Assembly: GCA_019358935.1 (NCBI GenBank)
Contig: JAHHIK010000018.1
Coordinates: forward strand, 30,591 to 94,590
DNA: 64,000 bases
Source of the DNA: Tolypothrix carrinoi HA7290-LM1
GTDB lineage: Bacteria; Cyanobacteriota; Cyanobacteriia; Cyanobacteriales; Nostocaceae
Reading direction: 5' to 3'
Part shown: piece after piece, positions 52,044 to 62,098 of the stretch
Numbering within the stretch: the first letter of the stretch is position 1
Layout of the letters: every line of letters starts with the position of its first letter
Notes under the pieces: model-generated
Seen by the model: the letters and a program-made list of their open reading frames with translations, nothing else
Database searches by the model: none
Told to the model about the DNA's origin: nothing
Made by a program: the position numbers and the translations under genes

Positions 52044-55000
52044 TTAGAAATATTCTGCCGTGATGGTGATATTTGCGCTGTTATCAAACACCTTGATGAA
52101 ACTAATATTGATGCTTTGGTTGTAATACCACGCATTGCTCACGGATGCGTTTAAATTATCGCTTCCTTGCAACTGTTGTATTTGTTGTGTTCCTATCTTG
52201 ACACTCTTCAGGCAACCAGAACTTCCTTTAGTTTCAAATGGATCGTGTAGTACCGCAACGAAGAAATATTTTTCAAACTTCGGCGTGTACCCATCATGGA
52301 CGCGATCAACTTTAATCTCACGAATCTTCGTCTTTTCATCGTAAGAATTTGTAATCTCTGTCCGACGATATTCATCATTAGCTTCTTCATCCCATCCAGA
52401 GTGATCTGGCATCTTAGGAGCAGAAGAACGGCTCACACCATCATCTAAGAACATGGTGTATTTACCACTGTTACCTGGATACACATTCAGAGTAATAGGA
52501 TTGGGCTTACCTTCCTTATTCAGTTGTCCCACATATTGTTCCAGTTCAATCGTAGGAATGATTGCCCCTGCACGCACATACATGGGAACGATGAAGTTAA
52601 GGTGATCGCCTTCCAGGTTCAGACTAGCATCAAAATCTCGGATAGTTGTCCCACCCTCAACAGCAGCACCAAGGGGCATGGTGTTGTTCATAAAACAGTA
52701 CCAATTGCTGCCGTAGGGGACGTAAACATCCCGCTTGCCGTAGTTTTTGTCAAGTGAACTGGGTTCCTCAGGGTCTAAAACCGGAGCAATCAAGAGATCC
52801 TTACCCACAAAGAACTCGTTGTCTAGGAAAGCTTCTTTGTCATTGTAGAGGGATTGGTCGCCGGGATCGTTAAGAAACAGCGGTCTGGATATCGGCAATC
52901 CACTCAGCGAGTTCTCAAACATGGCATCGTAGAACAACTGCATCAGCCGATAGCGCAATTCAATGTAGTGCTTACAAATCGGCAGTACCATCCGGTACAG
53001 ATTTTCCGGCTCCGGCAGCTTACCACCCTGATATTGGTTAAACCATTCTACATACATGAATGGCTCTTGAAACTCTTTACGCCCCTTGCGAACATAATGA
53101 TTCCGGAACCAGGGCAGGAAAGCACCCGCAGCCGTCCAGCGAATCAGCAATTCTGGACTAGCCCATCTGCCCTCATCCACCACTGAAGCTTCAAAACCTC
53201 CAATATCCTGACCATTGATGGCTAATCCGCACAAACCTAGGGACAACACTTGAGAGACATTCATCTTCAGAAAATCCCAGTCCGAAGAGTTGTCACCATT
53301 CCACAATCCTGCATATCGATGCACGCCGCAGAAACTGCCCCGTCCGATAATAAAGTTCCGCTTGTTCTTTCTTTCGCTCAAATTAGGGTATTCGGGATCG
53401 TTGAGTTCGTGCAGGCAGTTTAGTCCCTGATATGTGGCTTTGTGAAGATTGTAAGAGTACAAATTCCAGACTTTAATCGCTGGGGTTAACGTCGGTTGAG
53501 CATCAGAGTGGGAATTATCCGTCACTAACAAACGGAATGGAAAACCCTTCATATCTCCACGATAATCGCGGATAGCAGGTGTTGTCATATCCTGCCAAAC
53601 CATTTCTAACCCCATCGAATAGAGGTATTTGTATTGGGTTCCCCACCACTCCCGGACTTCTTTGCGACCAAGATCGGCGTAATGACCAGAGGCTCCTAGC
53701 TCAGTGCCGGAGGAATCGTTGCCGTAGTACACCCCACCAATATAGGGTTCCCCACTATTGAAATCTTCGACATAGCCATTATTGGGAGAGAATTGATGAC
53801 CGCTACCGTAAAGCTGGTAAATTTTGCTTTGAGGATTTCCAGGATCGTAACGTTTGTCTCCGACGAAATAACCTTTTTCCTTGGCTTCCTCGTAAGTTGA
53901 ATAAGTTCCAGGAGGTGCTACACGGCTAATGACTGGGGTAATGTTGGTACTACATTTCACGCCTTGGTCTTTTAAGTCGTGAAACATCTTGTATGGATCG
54001 GGGAATTTATTGGTATCGATGGTGAAGGTTTGGTAGTCCTTCTGGATATCCACATCCACGTGCATCCCATCTAGGGGAATTTGGTATTCCCGATGCTTGC
54101 GAACCGCCCATTCTACAATGTCCTGACGTTCGTAGCCATAACAACCTTGGTGATATCCCAAGCAGTAGCGGGGTTTCAAGCGCGGTCTGCCGACAATTTC
54201 TGTATAACTATCTAGGATGTTGGCAGGGTTATGTCCAATAAAGAAATAGAAGTCCAGGTCGCCAAAGCGAGTCCCAAACATATAGCGACTGGAGTTGATA
54301 TACCCGATATCCATCAGGACTTGCCCGGTATTATCAATGAAAATGCCATTGACGCTATCGTGTTCTGGAACGCCATGAAATTCGTAAAAGAACGGTTCTG
54401 AGTGGTAAAGAGGTTCGCGGGGGTCTAACGGACCGCGATCATAAACCTGTCGATACCGCATATTATCGAAGTTGAAATAGTTGACTTGTGCGGTATTTTT
54501 ACTGAGAGATTGCCCCCCTTGTTCGCCAAAACCAACATATTTGGCATTGGCTGGCTTGTTCACTGCCTGGATAATGGCGTAATCATTATTCCCATTAGGC
54601 GTATAGTAAATCGGAGTATCTGCTGTTTGCCAAACAATATACTCTTCATAGGGGGCAAACATATAGACGGTAATTGAAAATGGCTGATGTTTGACAACCA
54701 CTTTCATTTCACGATTATCCCCAGCCATCTTCGTCACAGCCTTCGTCACCAGTTCGATGCTGTCGCTGGCATCTTTGACGACATCCATCTCAAAGTGTTC
54801 GTCTTTGTCCAGCAGTCTGGTCAAATCTTGAAAGTTGTTCAAAAGTACTGAAGGACTATTTTTTGTAGAATACTCCTCGGCAGTTTTTCCGGGATTGAAG
54901 CGCAACCGGAAAGTATCCTTTTGAGGAAACTGCATTAGCATACAGCATGGTTTGCCATCGCTCTTGCTAAAATTCAGCGTCAGAGTTTTGGAACTGGCAT

Positions 55001-55115
55001 CGAAACTATGATTTTGGACTGCTCCCAGCTTTTCCCATTCTTTATACCGGGCAAAATACTCTTCTACTTTGAGAAACTTGTAGGCATCATTGTCGGAAAA
55101 GATTTGATTCGACAT
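52044..55115 (-). CDS. GH31 family enzyme, probable alpha-1,4-glucan lyase
   Basis: GH31 motifs GFGEQ, LGYHQGCYGY, DGMHVDVD, WFRNH; nucleophile motif GLEMVWQDMTTPA (lyase-type rather than WxDMNE); acid/base LWNGDN. Confidence 0.85.
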   Translation of the reverse strand: MSNQIFSDNDAYKFLKVEEYFARYKEWEKLGAVQNHSFDASSKTLTLNFSKSDGKPCCMLMQFPQKDTFRLRFNPGKTAEEYSTKNSPSVLLNNFQDLTRLLDKDEHFEMDVVKDASDSIELVTKAVTKMAGDNREMKVVVKHQPFSITVYMFAPYEEYIVWQTADTPIYYTPNGNNDYAIIQAVNKPANAKYVGFGEQGGQSLSKNTAQVNYFNFDNMRYRQVYDRGPLDPREPLYHSEPFFYEFHGVPEHDSVNGIFIDNTGQVLMDIGYINSSRYMFGTRFGDLDFYFFIGHNPANILDSYTEIVGRPRLKPRYCLGYHQGCYGYERQDIVEWAVRKHREYQIPLDGMHVDVDIQKDYQTFTIDTNKFPDPYKMFHDLKDQGVKCSTNITPVISRVAPPGTYSTYEEAKEKGYFVGDKRYDPGNPQSKIYQLYGSGHQFSPNNGYVEDFNSGEPYIGGVYYGNDSSGTELGASGHYADLGRKEVREWWGTQYKYLYSMGLEMVWQDMTTPAIRDYRGDMKGFPFRLLVTDNSHSDAQPTLTPAIKVWNLYSYNLHKATYQGLNCLHELNDPEYPNLSERKNKRNFIIGRGSFCGVHRYAGLWNGDNSSDWDFLKMNVSQVLSLGLCGLAINGQDIGGFEASVVDEGRWASPELLIRWTAAGAFLPWFRNHYVRKGRKEFQEPFMYVEWFNQYQGGKLPEPENLYRMVLPICKHYIELRYRLMQLFYDAMFENSLSGLPISRPLFLNDPGDQSLYNDKEAFLDNEFFVGKDLLIAPVLDPEEPSSLDKNYGKRDVYVPYGSNWYCFMNNTMPLGAAVEGGTTIRDFDASLNLEGDHLNFIVPMYVRAGAIIPTIELEQYVGQLNKEGKPNPITLNVYPGNSGKYTMFLDDGVSRSSAPKMPDHSGWDEEANDEYRRTEITNSYDEKTKIREIKVDRVHDGYTPKFEKYFFVAVLHDPFETKGSSGCLKSVKIGTQQIQQLQGSDNLNASVSNAWYYNQSINISFIKVFDNSANITITAEYF

Positions 55116-55262
55116 AACTATCCCCTGGTAGAAAAACTCAATCTGCGGTTAAGTCATTAACATCGGTCAAACATTTGCAAAAAAGATTCTAGAAGCCTGA
55201 TATATCAAAGTTGTCCCTAGTTTTTGGAGATATCCATTGGTCATCCCCGCTATCCAATCGAA

Positions 55263-55976
55263 CTAAATTGGATGAAATTCATTAGCCATCCAGATGCAGT
55301 CAGTATCAGAATAATACTGATGCCACGGATAAACAAATTGCTCATTTTCTCCTACATTAGCAAAGGGAATATGAGTTTCACCGGGACTCATAATAACATC
55401 TTGGTAGATCGTACTCAAGTCATTTTCATGGAATTTTTGCATTATTCCCACACCATAAATTTGAGTGTGAACTTCTAAAAGTTCGGGATCGGTATGATGA
55501 TTGTGAATTGCACAGTTGGTCTTGGCTGGGGCAAACCACCAATTTACTTTGACTATGTATTCCTTGGTATTGCTATGGTGAGGATGCTCTGATAGTCCGG
55601 TGACAAAGTAGGGGTCGAAACTGACTATTCCTACTTCGTATTGGGGCGATTTATACAATGGTACATCTACTGGAAAATCAGCGATTTGTCCGAGTAGATT
55701 CCATTCAGGTTCTAAAACTATGCCCCCGATATTGGTTTCATCTCCTAGTTCAATCAGCAGTAAGGAGTCACCATCTTTAATTGTAATTTCTTGGAAAATA
55801 CTTGAAGTTCTAGGCAGCAAGTATTTTTCTGGTGGCGCTAAAATATGCGCTCTTTCATTGCCAAGATTAACAACTATTGTTCGCTTTTGAATCCGATAGT
55901 TGCTAACATTCTTGAGCCATGTGGTTTTCAGATATTTCTCTGAAAATCTGATCTGTTCTTCAATATTGATAGACAT
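55263..55976 (-). CDS. Cupin protein resembling the aldos-2-ulose dehydratase/isomerase (AUDH) cupin domain
   Basis: VNWWFAPAKTNCAIHNHH...LEVHTQIYG.G.MQKF...MSPGETH.PF...YPWHQYYSDTDCIW; ATG 55976 preceded by AGAAAGGT. Confidence 0.72.
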   Translation of the reverse strand: MSINIEEQIRFSEKYLKTTWLKNVSNYRIQKRTIVVNLGNERAHILAPPEKYLLPRTSSIFQEITIKDGDSLLLIELGDETNIGGIVLEPEWNLLGQIADFPVDVPLYKSPQYEVGIVSFDPYFVTGLSEHPHHSNTKEYIVKVNWWFAPAKTNCAIHNHHTDPELLEVHTQIYGVGIMQKFHENDLSTIYQDVIMSPGETHIPFANVGENEQFVYPWHQYYSDTDCIWMANEFHPI

Positions 55977-56065
55977 TGATGCTACCTTTCTATGGTTCCC
56001 ATCAACAGAATAACCGATGGTGTGCATTGGTAACCAGTTAGTTACACCACAATTCAAAATTTTTA

Positions 56066-56215
56066 CAGTCCGAAGCGAGGGTCACGTTTGCGGAGCGTCA
56101 CGTTCGCGGTAGCGTCTTTGAAGGGGAAGAGAAGCAATCCCAGCCGCAAGCGAATTGCTTCATTCCGCTTCTCTGGGAGACAAATAGCGCGAACGTGACC
56201 TTCGCTTCGGACATT
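56066..56215. repeat. Long imperfect palindrome upstream of the cupin gene
   Basis: gtccgaagcgagggtcacgtt ... aacgtgaccttcgcttcggac, 21-bp arms. Confidence 0.75.
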
Positions 56216-56382
56216 ATGTAATTAATTCTGTTTGATTACTTATAGCCCAGATTACATCTAATATGATTTTGTTACTGAATCATGTTATATGTGAATAAAA
56301 AAACGTCGGAAATTTCACCCTTGAAGATGAAGCTGTCTGCTCGTAGTATTGTTACGATAATTTCAGATTAGATGTTGAAGCC

Positions 56383-58953
56383 TTGATCCAGTCTGAAACT
56401 TTAGAACTACTAGAATGGCACCGCCTCTGCCAGCATCTTTCCACATTTGCGGCAACTAAACTAGGGGCGCGAGCCTCACGTCATCTGCCAATTCCTGACT
56501 CGAGAGCGGAAAGTGAATACTTGGTTAAGCAAACCAAGGAAGTATACGAATTAGAAAATCGTCTCACCACGGGACTGTCTTTTGAGGGAATTCAAGATAT
56601 TGGTGATTCCCTTGAACGGGCAGAAATTCAAGGTGTTTTAACTGGTGAGGAACTTTTGGCGATCGCTACTACTCTTGCGGGAACCAGAAATTTACGCCGT
56701 GTAATTGACAACCAACCTGATTTTCCCATACTCAATCAGCTAATTGCCGATTTACGGACTTATCCAGAACTAGAGCAAGAAATTCACCGTTGTATTGACG
56801 ATCGCGCACAAGTAGCCGATCGCGCTAGCCAAAAACTCAATGACATTCGCACCGATTTGCGGAAATTACGCAGTCAAATCACTCAAAAACTGCAAAATAT
56901 TTTACAAGTTAAATATGGCGCAGTTCAAGAGCAAATAATTACCCAAAGAGGCGATCGCTACGTCATCCCCGTGAAAGCGCCTCAAAAAGACGCGATTCCC
57001 GGCATTGTCCACGATACCTCTACCAGCGGCGCAACGCTTTATATAGAACCTCATTCGATTGTCCCTTGGGGCAATCAACTGCGACAAACAACTAAAAAAG
57101 AACAAGCTGAAGAAGAAGCGATTCGCCGCATATTAACACAGCAAGTGGCAGCAGTCAAACCAGATTTGGAAAGATTGCTAGCAATTGTCACAACTTTGGA
57201 TTTAGCAAGTGCTAGAGCGCGTTATAGTTTATGGTTAGGAGCAAATCCCCCCCGATTCATCCAGCGCGAGGAAAATGAAACTATTACCTTGCGGCAGTTA
57301 CGTCATCCGCTTTTAGTCTGGCAGCATCAACACGAACAAGGTTCAGCAGTAATTCCCGTGGATTTACTGATTCAACCGCAAATTCGCGTGGTGACGATAA
57401 CAGGACCAAACACCGGCGGTAAAACTGTCAGCTTGAAAACCCTCGGTTTAGCAGCATTGATGGCGAAGGTGGGTTTATTTGTCCCCGCCCGCGAACCCGT
57501 AGAAATACCTTGGTTTGAGAAGGTACTAGCAGATATTGGCGATGAACAATCACTACAGCAAAGTTTATCTACATTTTCCGGTCACATCCGCCGGATAAGT
57601 CGGATTTTAGATGCTTTGGGAGAGGGGGACAGGGGGACAGGGGGACAGGGGGACAAGGAGGACAAGGAGGACAAGGAGGACAAGGGGGACAATGAGGAAT
57701 TTGCTTCCTCATCTCCCTCATCTCCCCCAACTCCCTCATCCCCCCCTCTCCCCATTCCCCCCAACCCCACTTCGTGGGGACGCATGTGCCCCCCATCTCC
57801 CCACTCCCCACTCCCCACTCCCCACTCCCTAGTCTTGCTTGATGAAGTGGGTGCGGGAACCGATCCGGCGGAGGGTAGTGCTTTAGCGATCGCTTTGTTG
57901 CATTATCTCGCTGACAACGCTCAATTAACTATGGCTACAACTCACTTTGGTGAACTCAAAGCCTTAAAGTACGAGGATGAGCGGTTTGAAAATGCTTCTG
58001 TAGAATTTGATGAAAGTACTCTTTCGCCTACGTATCGCTTGCTTTGGGGAATTCCCGGACGTTCTAATGCTTTGGCGATCGCCCTGCGTTTGGGGTTGAA
58101 ACCAGAAGTTGTCCTCCAGGCGAAAAGCCAAGTAGGGGAAGCATCAGACGAAGTAAATCAGGTGATTGCTGGTTTAGAAGCGCAACGCCGCCGTCAGGAA
58201 ACTAAAGCTGCGGAAGCCCAAAATCTATTGCAGCAAGCAGAGCGTTTATACAAAGAAGTATCGGAAAAATCCGCAAATTTACAGGAAAGAGAGCGCTCTT
58301 TACGGGCTTCGCAAGAAGTAGCCGTACAACAAGCGATCGCCAGCGCCAAAGGTGAAATCGCTTCTATAATTCGCCGCTTGCAGAAAGGTACGCCCACAGC
58401 TCAAGATGCTCAAGAAGCGACAAACGCTTTAAATCAAATTAATCAGAAGTATCAAGCAGCACAACAGGAAAAACCCAAAGCTGGGTTTATGCCGAAAGTA
58501 GGCGATCGCATTCGCATCCCGAAGTTAGGGCAAACAGCGGAAGTTTTAACTACACCTGATGAAGATGGTGAGTTAAGCGTGCGCTTTGGCATCATGAAAA
58601 TGACGGTAAAGCTGGAAGACGTGGAATCTTTGGATGGAAAAAAACCGGAAGCGATCGCTCCTGTTGCCAGCAAACCCGCTAAGGTAACACCACCGCCCCA
58701 AAGCGCCCCAGCAATTCGCACATCTCAAAATACCGTAGATTTACGCGGAAAACGTGTAGCGGATAGCGAATTGATTTTAGACAAAGCAATTTCTGAAGCA
58801 ACCGGACCAATCTGGATTATTCACGGACACGGCACTGGTAAGCTGCGGCAAGGTGTTCACGCCTTTTTGCACCAGCACAAGCGAGTTACCCGTTTTGAAG
58901 CCGCAGAACAAGCAGATGGCGGATCTGGCGTTACAGTTGCTTACATTGAGTAA
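56383..58953 (+). CDS. mutS2: Endonuclease MutS2
   Basis: GIVHDTSTSGATLYIEP, TGPNTGGKT, SLSTFSGH, LLDEVGAGTDP, TTH, C-terminal Smr IIHGHGTGKLR. Confidence 0.96.
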   Translation: MIQSETLELLEWHRLCQHLSTFAATKLGARASRHLPIPDSRAESEYLVKQTKEVYELENRLTTGLSFEGIQDIGDSLERAEIQGVLTGEELLAIATTLAGTRNLRRVIDNQPDFPILNQLIADLRTYPELEQEIHRCIDDRAQVADRASQKLNDIRTDLRKLRSQITQKLQNILQVKYGAVQEQIITQRGDRYVIPVKAPQKDAIPGIVHDTSTSGATLYIEPHSIVPWGNQLRQTTKKEQAEEEAIRRILTQQVAAVKPDLERLLAIVTTLDLASARARYSLWLGANPPRFIQREENETITLRQLRHPLLVWQHQHEQGSAVIPVDLLIQPQIRVVTITGPNTGGKTVSLKTLGLAALMAKVGLFVPAREPVEIPWFEKVLADIGDEQSLQQSLSTFSGHIRRISRILDALGEGDRGTGGQGDKEDKEDKEDKGDNEEFASSSPSSPPTPSSPPLPIPPNPTSWGRMCPPSPHSPLPTPHSLVLLDEVGAGTDPAEGSALAIALLHYLADNAQLTMATTHFGELKALKYEDERFENASVEFDESTLSPTYRLLWGIPGRSNALAIALRLGLKPEVVLQAKSQVGEASDEVNQVIAGLEAQRRRQETKAAEAQNLLQQAERLYKEVSEKSANLQERERSLRASQEVAVQQAIASAKGEIASIIRRLQKGTPTAQDAQEATNALNQINQKYQAAQQEKPKAGFMPKVGDRIRIPKLGQTAEVLTTPDEDGELSVRFGIMKMTVKLEDVESLDGKKPEAIAPVASKPAKVTPPPQSAPAIRTSQNTVDLRGKRVADSELILDKAISEATGPIWIIHGHGTGKLRQGVHAFLHQHKRVTRFEAAEQADGGSGVTVAYIE
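57617..57829. repeat. In-frame composite palindromic repeat inside the MutS2 ATPase domain
   Basis: Translates as GEGDRGTGGQGDKEDKEDKED...PHSPLPTPH, just before the Walker B motif. Confidence 0.9.
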
Positions 58954-59195
58954 TGGGGCATGGGGCATGGGGCATGGGGCATGGGGCATGGGGCATGGGG
59001 CATGGGGCATGGGGCATGGGGCATGGGGCATGGGGCATGGGGCATGGGGCATGGGGCATGGGGCATGGGGCATGGGGCAAGTGAAATACGCGATCGCTTC
59101 TTTTTATTCCCATTGCGAGCGTGCCCATTGCGAGCGTGCCCATTGCCCATTGCGATAGGGCCCATTGCCCATTGCCCAATTCCCAATTCCCAATG
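58953..59195. repeat. STRR array (ATGGGGC) about 17 units with inverted partner
   Basis: Visible in sequence. Confidence 0.92.
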
Positions 59196-59499
59196 CTCAC
59201 CTCCTGACTTATACTATGTACTTAAGTATCAGTTAACGCAATCGAGCGCTCTGGTGACTGGGGCATTACCAAAGTAGATGCAAGTCCCTAATATTTATAC
59301 TTTGTTAAACAGAGACTTTCGTCATAAAGTAAGACAAACACACCCGCTGTTGACCTAACTTATAAAAGCTGAAGAACGGCAGGTTTAGCGATGTTTTTCA
59401 GCTAGCTTCCGGCTTGTAGCTATGGGAAACCAACCTTAATTATTGCGAGTCTGGTTTCAAAATGGGTAACAGCAACAGCCCGAACCCGCCCGATAACCT

Positions 59500-60105
59500 A
59501 TGCTAAAAGTTATGCACTCGGCAGCCAACTCAGCCAATCCAAATTCCCAATGGGAAGACTTAACCCAGCTTTCGGCTCCAAACACAGTTCAGTGGGATAA
59601 TATCAAAACCCAATTAGACTTAGCACTTTTGGCGCTAGAAACTTTAACTGGTATTGGTTCTGAAGCAATGCTCTCGGCGGCAATTCTTCTGAATTTAGAA
59701 TCAAAAGTGCCAGATCGTGTGGCGTTGTGGCGACTGCGGCAATCGAATCCTCTACGTAAAGGTACTGGAGGGCGAAAAAAACTAGATGTAGAAGAAGCGC
59801 GATCGCTAGTTCTTATCATTTGTTACCTTGCAAAAGAGGATCAAGAATTGATTCGCCGTGCTGTAGGGTTATTAGAACAAATGGCGGAAACTAAGCGCGA
59901 ACCCCATCAAGCTGCTTTATTAGGAGATTATATTGATGCTTTCTGCAACACCTATCAAGAGCGGATGGAGTCGGATGAGCAAATTTCCACAGATGCACTT
60001 ACCCACCTAGCATTGAAACTACTGGTAGATTTACTATTTTACAGTGGTCCCGGTGGACATCGCCGTCTCTGGCTAGCACTAATAGATCGTTCCACACAAT
60101 TTTAG
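59500..60105 (+). CDS. DUF3038 family protein
   Basis: LDLALLALETL, RVALWRLRQSNPLRK, LLFYSGPGGHRRLW. Confidence 0.85.
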   Translation: MLKVMHSAANSANPNSQWEDLTQLSAPNTVQWDNIKTQLDLALLALETLTGIGSEAMLSAAILLNLESKVPDRVALWRLRQSNPLRKGTGGRKKLDVEEARSLVLIICYLAKEDQELIRRAVGLLEQMAETKREPHQAALLGDYIDAFCNTYQERMESDEQISTDALTHLALKLLVDLLFYSGPGGHRRLWLALIDRSTQF

Positions 60106-60197
60106 ATTTGAGATTTTAGGTTACTAATCCAAATCCCAAATCCCAAATCCCAAATCCCAAATCCAAAATCCCAAATCCAAAATCCAAAATCCAAAAT
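60105..60197. repeat. STRR array (CCAAATC / CAAAATC)
   Basis: Visible in sequence. Confidence 0.85.
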
Positions 60198-60226
60198 CTC
60201 TAATTGTCCCCCTCGCACTTTCTGTC

Positions 60227-61900
60227 ATGCCTGTATCAAACCCTGTAATCCGCCGATACACACCCCCCACCTGTACGCTAGAAGTTTTGGCACAAAGCTC
60301 ATCTTTGTCCGGTTGGATGGGGAAATCTGTGCTAAAGCAGTTAAACTTTGAGCTTCGCTTTGACGATCCGCGACTGCCAGAAGAACGGAGAATATCAATC
60401 AAAGGCGATCGCGATCAACTTGAAGCGTTGTATAGTGCAGTGACAAATTACGTGCAGGAATTTCTGCAAAAGTCTCCAGAAAGCTTTTGGGCAAGTTTCT
60501 CCGAACCAAATGACTCTACTAAAGTATCAGAACACCCAGAATTAAAAGGCTTTAATCAAGTACTGCCAGAACAAACTTTAAAATCTTCCAAATCATTTAA
60601 CAATTTCCAGATACCACAAGCAGACATACACTTAGAACCAAGCAGTTATTTAATTCATAACTTGTTTCTCGGTTCCCTCGCTAACCAGATATCTGGAGGC
60701 GTAATTCAACTTAGTCTGTTGCAACTGTTCGATTTGGCAACCGCTTTAGATGAATATTCAGCTGAGGTAATGGCGTTACCTACTCTTAATACAAGAAGCA
60801 GTTCAACTTTTAGCTTGCCTAGTTGGACACCTGCTGCCGCCGTGGTATTAGTAGCTTTGGGTTTAGCACCATTTACTTGGCAATATGCTAACAATATCAG
60901 GCAAAAGCAACAGACAGCTAAAAAAGCAGCTTCTACACAAGAAGTAGCCCTGCAACCTTCACCCTCAGCACTTTTGCCAACACCCCAACCTGGACTCACC
61001 CCCCCAGATAATTTGTTAGTGCCACCGTTAGGAACTACCCCAGCAATACCAGGTTCTACGCTGCCTACACCCCCAGCACCCGGTTCTGCACTTCTGCCAA
61101 CGCCAGTACCCGGTTCGATACTTCCCGCAACGCCTCAACTGCCAGCCGATGCCAAAACTGCCCCCGGTTCTTTTCCCTCCGTACCCCAAACAGCGCCCGG
61201 TTCCACTTTTTCGACAGCGCCATTGCCATCAAGCGGCAGTGCTTTAACTATACCTGGGACAACTACACCAACTCTTTCTCGGTCTTCAGGGGAAACAGCA
61301 ACCAGCAAATTACCAGATCCGTTTGCGATTCCCACAAATTCTCAACAAACTAGCCGTACAAGTTCAATCCCTAAGAATCAAATTGCTTTGCCAAGTACAG
61401 CAAATTTACCATCAAATTTACCTCCCGCCACGGATGACATATCCTCCGGTATCTCCGCTGCTCCTCCTCTTGCCACCATACCCAACGACCAGCGTGCTAA
61501 CACCCGTACCTCAGCTTCCTCACCAACAGATCCCTTGGGAACTAATGATAATTCCTTAGCACAGAGATTGAGGCAAGGGCGCAACACTTCTCCAGAGGTA
61601 GCAACAGGCACATTGTTTGACACACCCCAGGTGGCAGAAGCTAGAGACTTTTTGAAAAAGCGCTGGCAGCCACCTACAGGATTAAAGCAAACGCTAGAGT
61701 ACAGTTTATTAATCGGTGTTGACGGCAAAGTTGAAAGAATTTTGCCTTTAGGAAAAGCCGCCAGAGATTACGTTGACAGCGCCGGAATGCCAGGAATTGG
61801 GCAACCTTTTGTCTCGCCCAATAGAAATGGACAAAATGTGAGAATTCGAGCCGTTCTCAGTCCTGATGGCAAAGTACAGACATTTCCGGAGTCAGAGTAA
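60227..61900 (+). CDS. DUF4335 domain membrane protein with Pro-rich linker
   Basis: RRYTPPTCTLEV, LSLLQLFDLATALDEY, one TM helix, RWQPP...LEYSL. Confidence 0.82.
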   Translation: MPVSNPVIRRYTPPTCTLEVLAQSSSLSGWMGKSVLKQLNFELRFDDPRLPEERRISIKGDRDQLEALYSAVTNYVQEFLQKSPESFWASFSEPNDSTKVSEHPELKGFNQVLPEQTLKSSKSFNNFQIPQADIHLEPSSYLIHNLFLGSLANQISGGVIQLSLLQLFDLATALDEYSAEVMALPTLNTRSSSTFSLPSWTPAAAVVLVALGLAPFTWQYANNIRQKQQTAKKAASTQEVALQPSPSALLPTPQPGLTPPDNLLVPPLGTTPAIPGSTLPTPPAPGSALLPTPVPGSILPATPQLPADAKTAPGSFPSVPQTAPGSTFSTAPLPSSGSALTIPGTTTPTLSRSSGETATSKLPDPFAIPTNSQQTSRTSSIPKNQIALPSTANLPSNLPPATDDISSGISAAPPLATIPNDQRANTRTSASSPTDPLGTNDNSLAQRLRQGRNTSPEVATGTLFDTPQVAEARDFLKKRWQPPTGLKQTLEYSLLIGVDGKVERILPLGKAARDYVDSAGMPGIGQPFVSPNRNGQNVRIRAVLSPDGKVQTFPESE

Positions 61901-62098
61901 TTGAGCAAAAATATATCTTCTATCGTAGTTAGCGCAAAGCGCGCTGTTAGCGGAGCTTTCCCGTAGGGTAGCGCTAACTACATCGCTTTATATATTTCAA
62001 ATAATCCCAACCTACGTGTTTACCGAAGCATTAAATAGTATAAAAAACAAAAGGACTGTCTAAACAGCCCTTTATATTTGAAATTGAAATTTTATATT

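Noticed and set aside
58777..59277. ORFs reading (MPHAPCP)n or (MGHGAWG)n, also at about 19058, 34955, 39845, 45031 and 47172
   Set aside because: Translations of stop-free heptameric STRR arrays; no evidence that they are genes.
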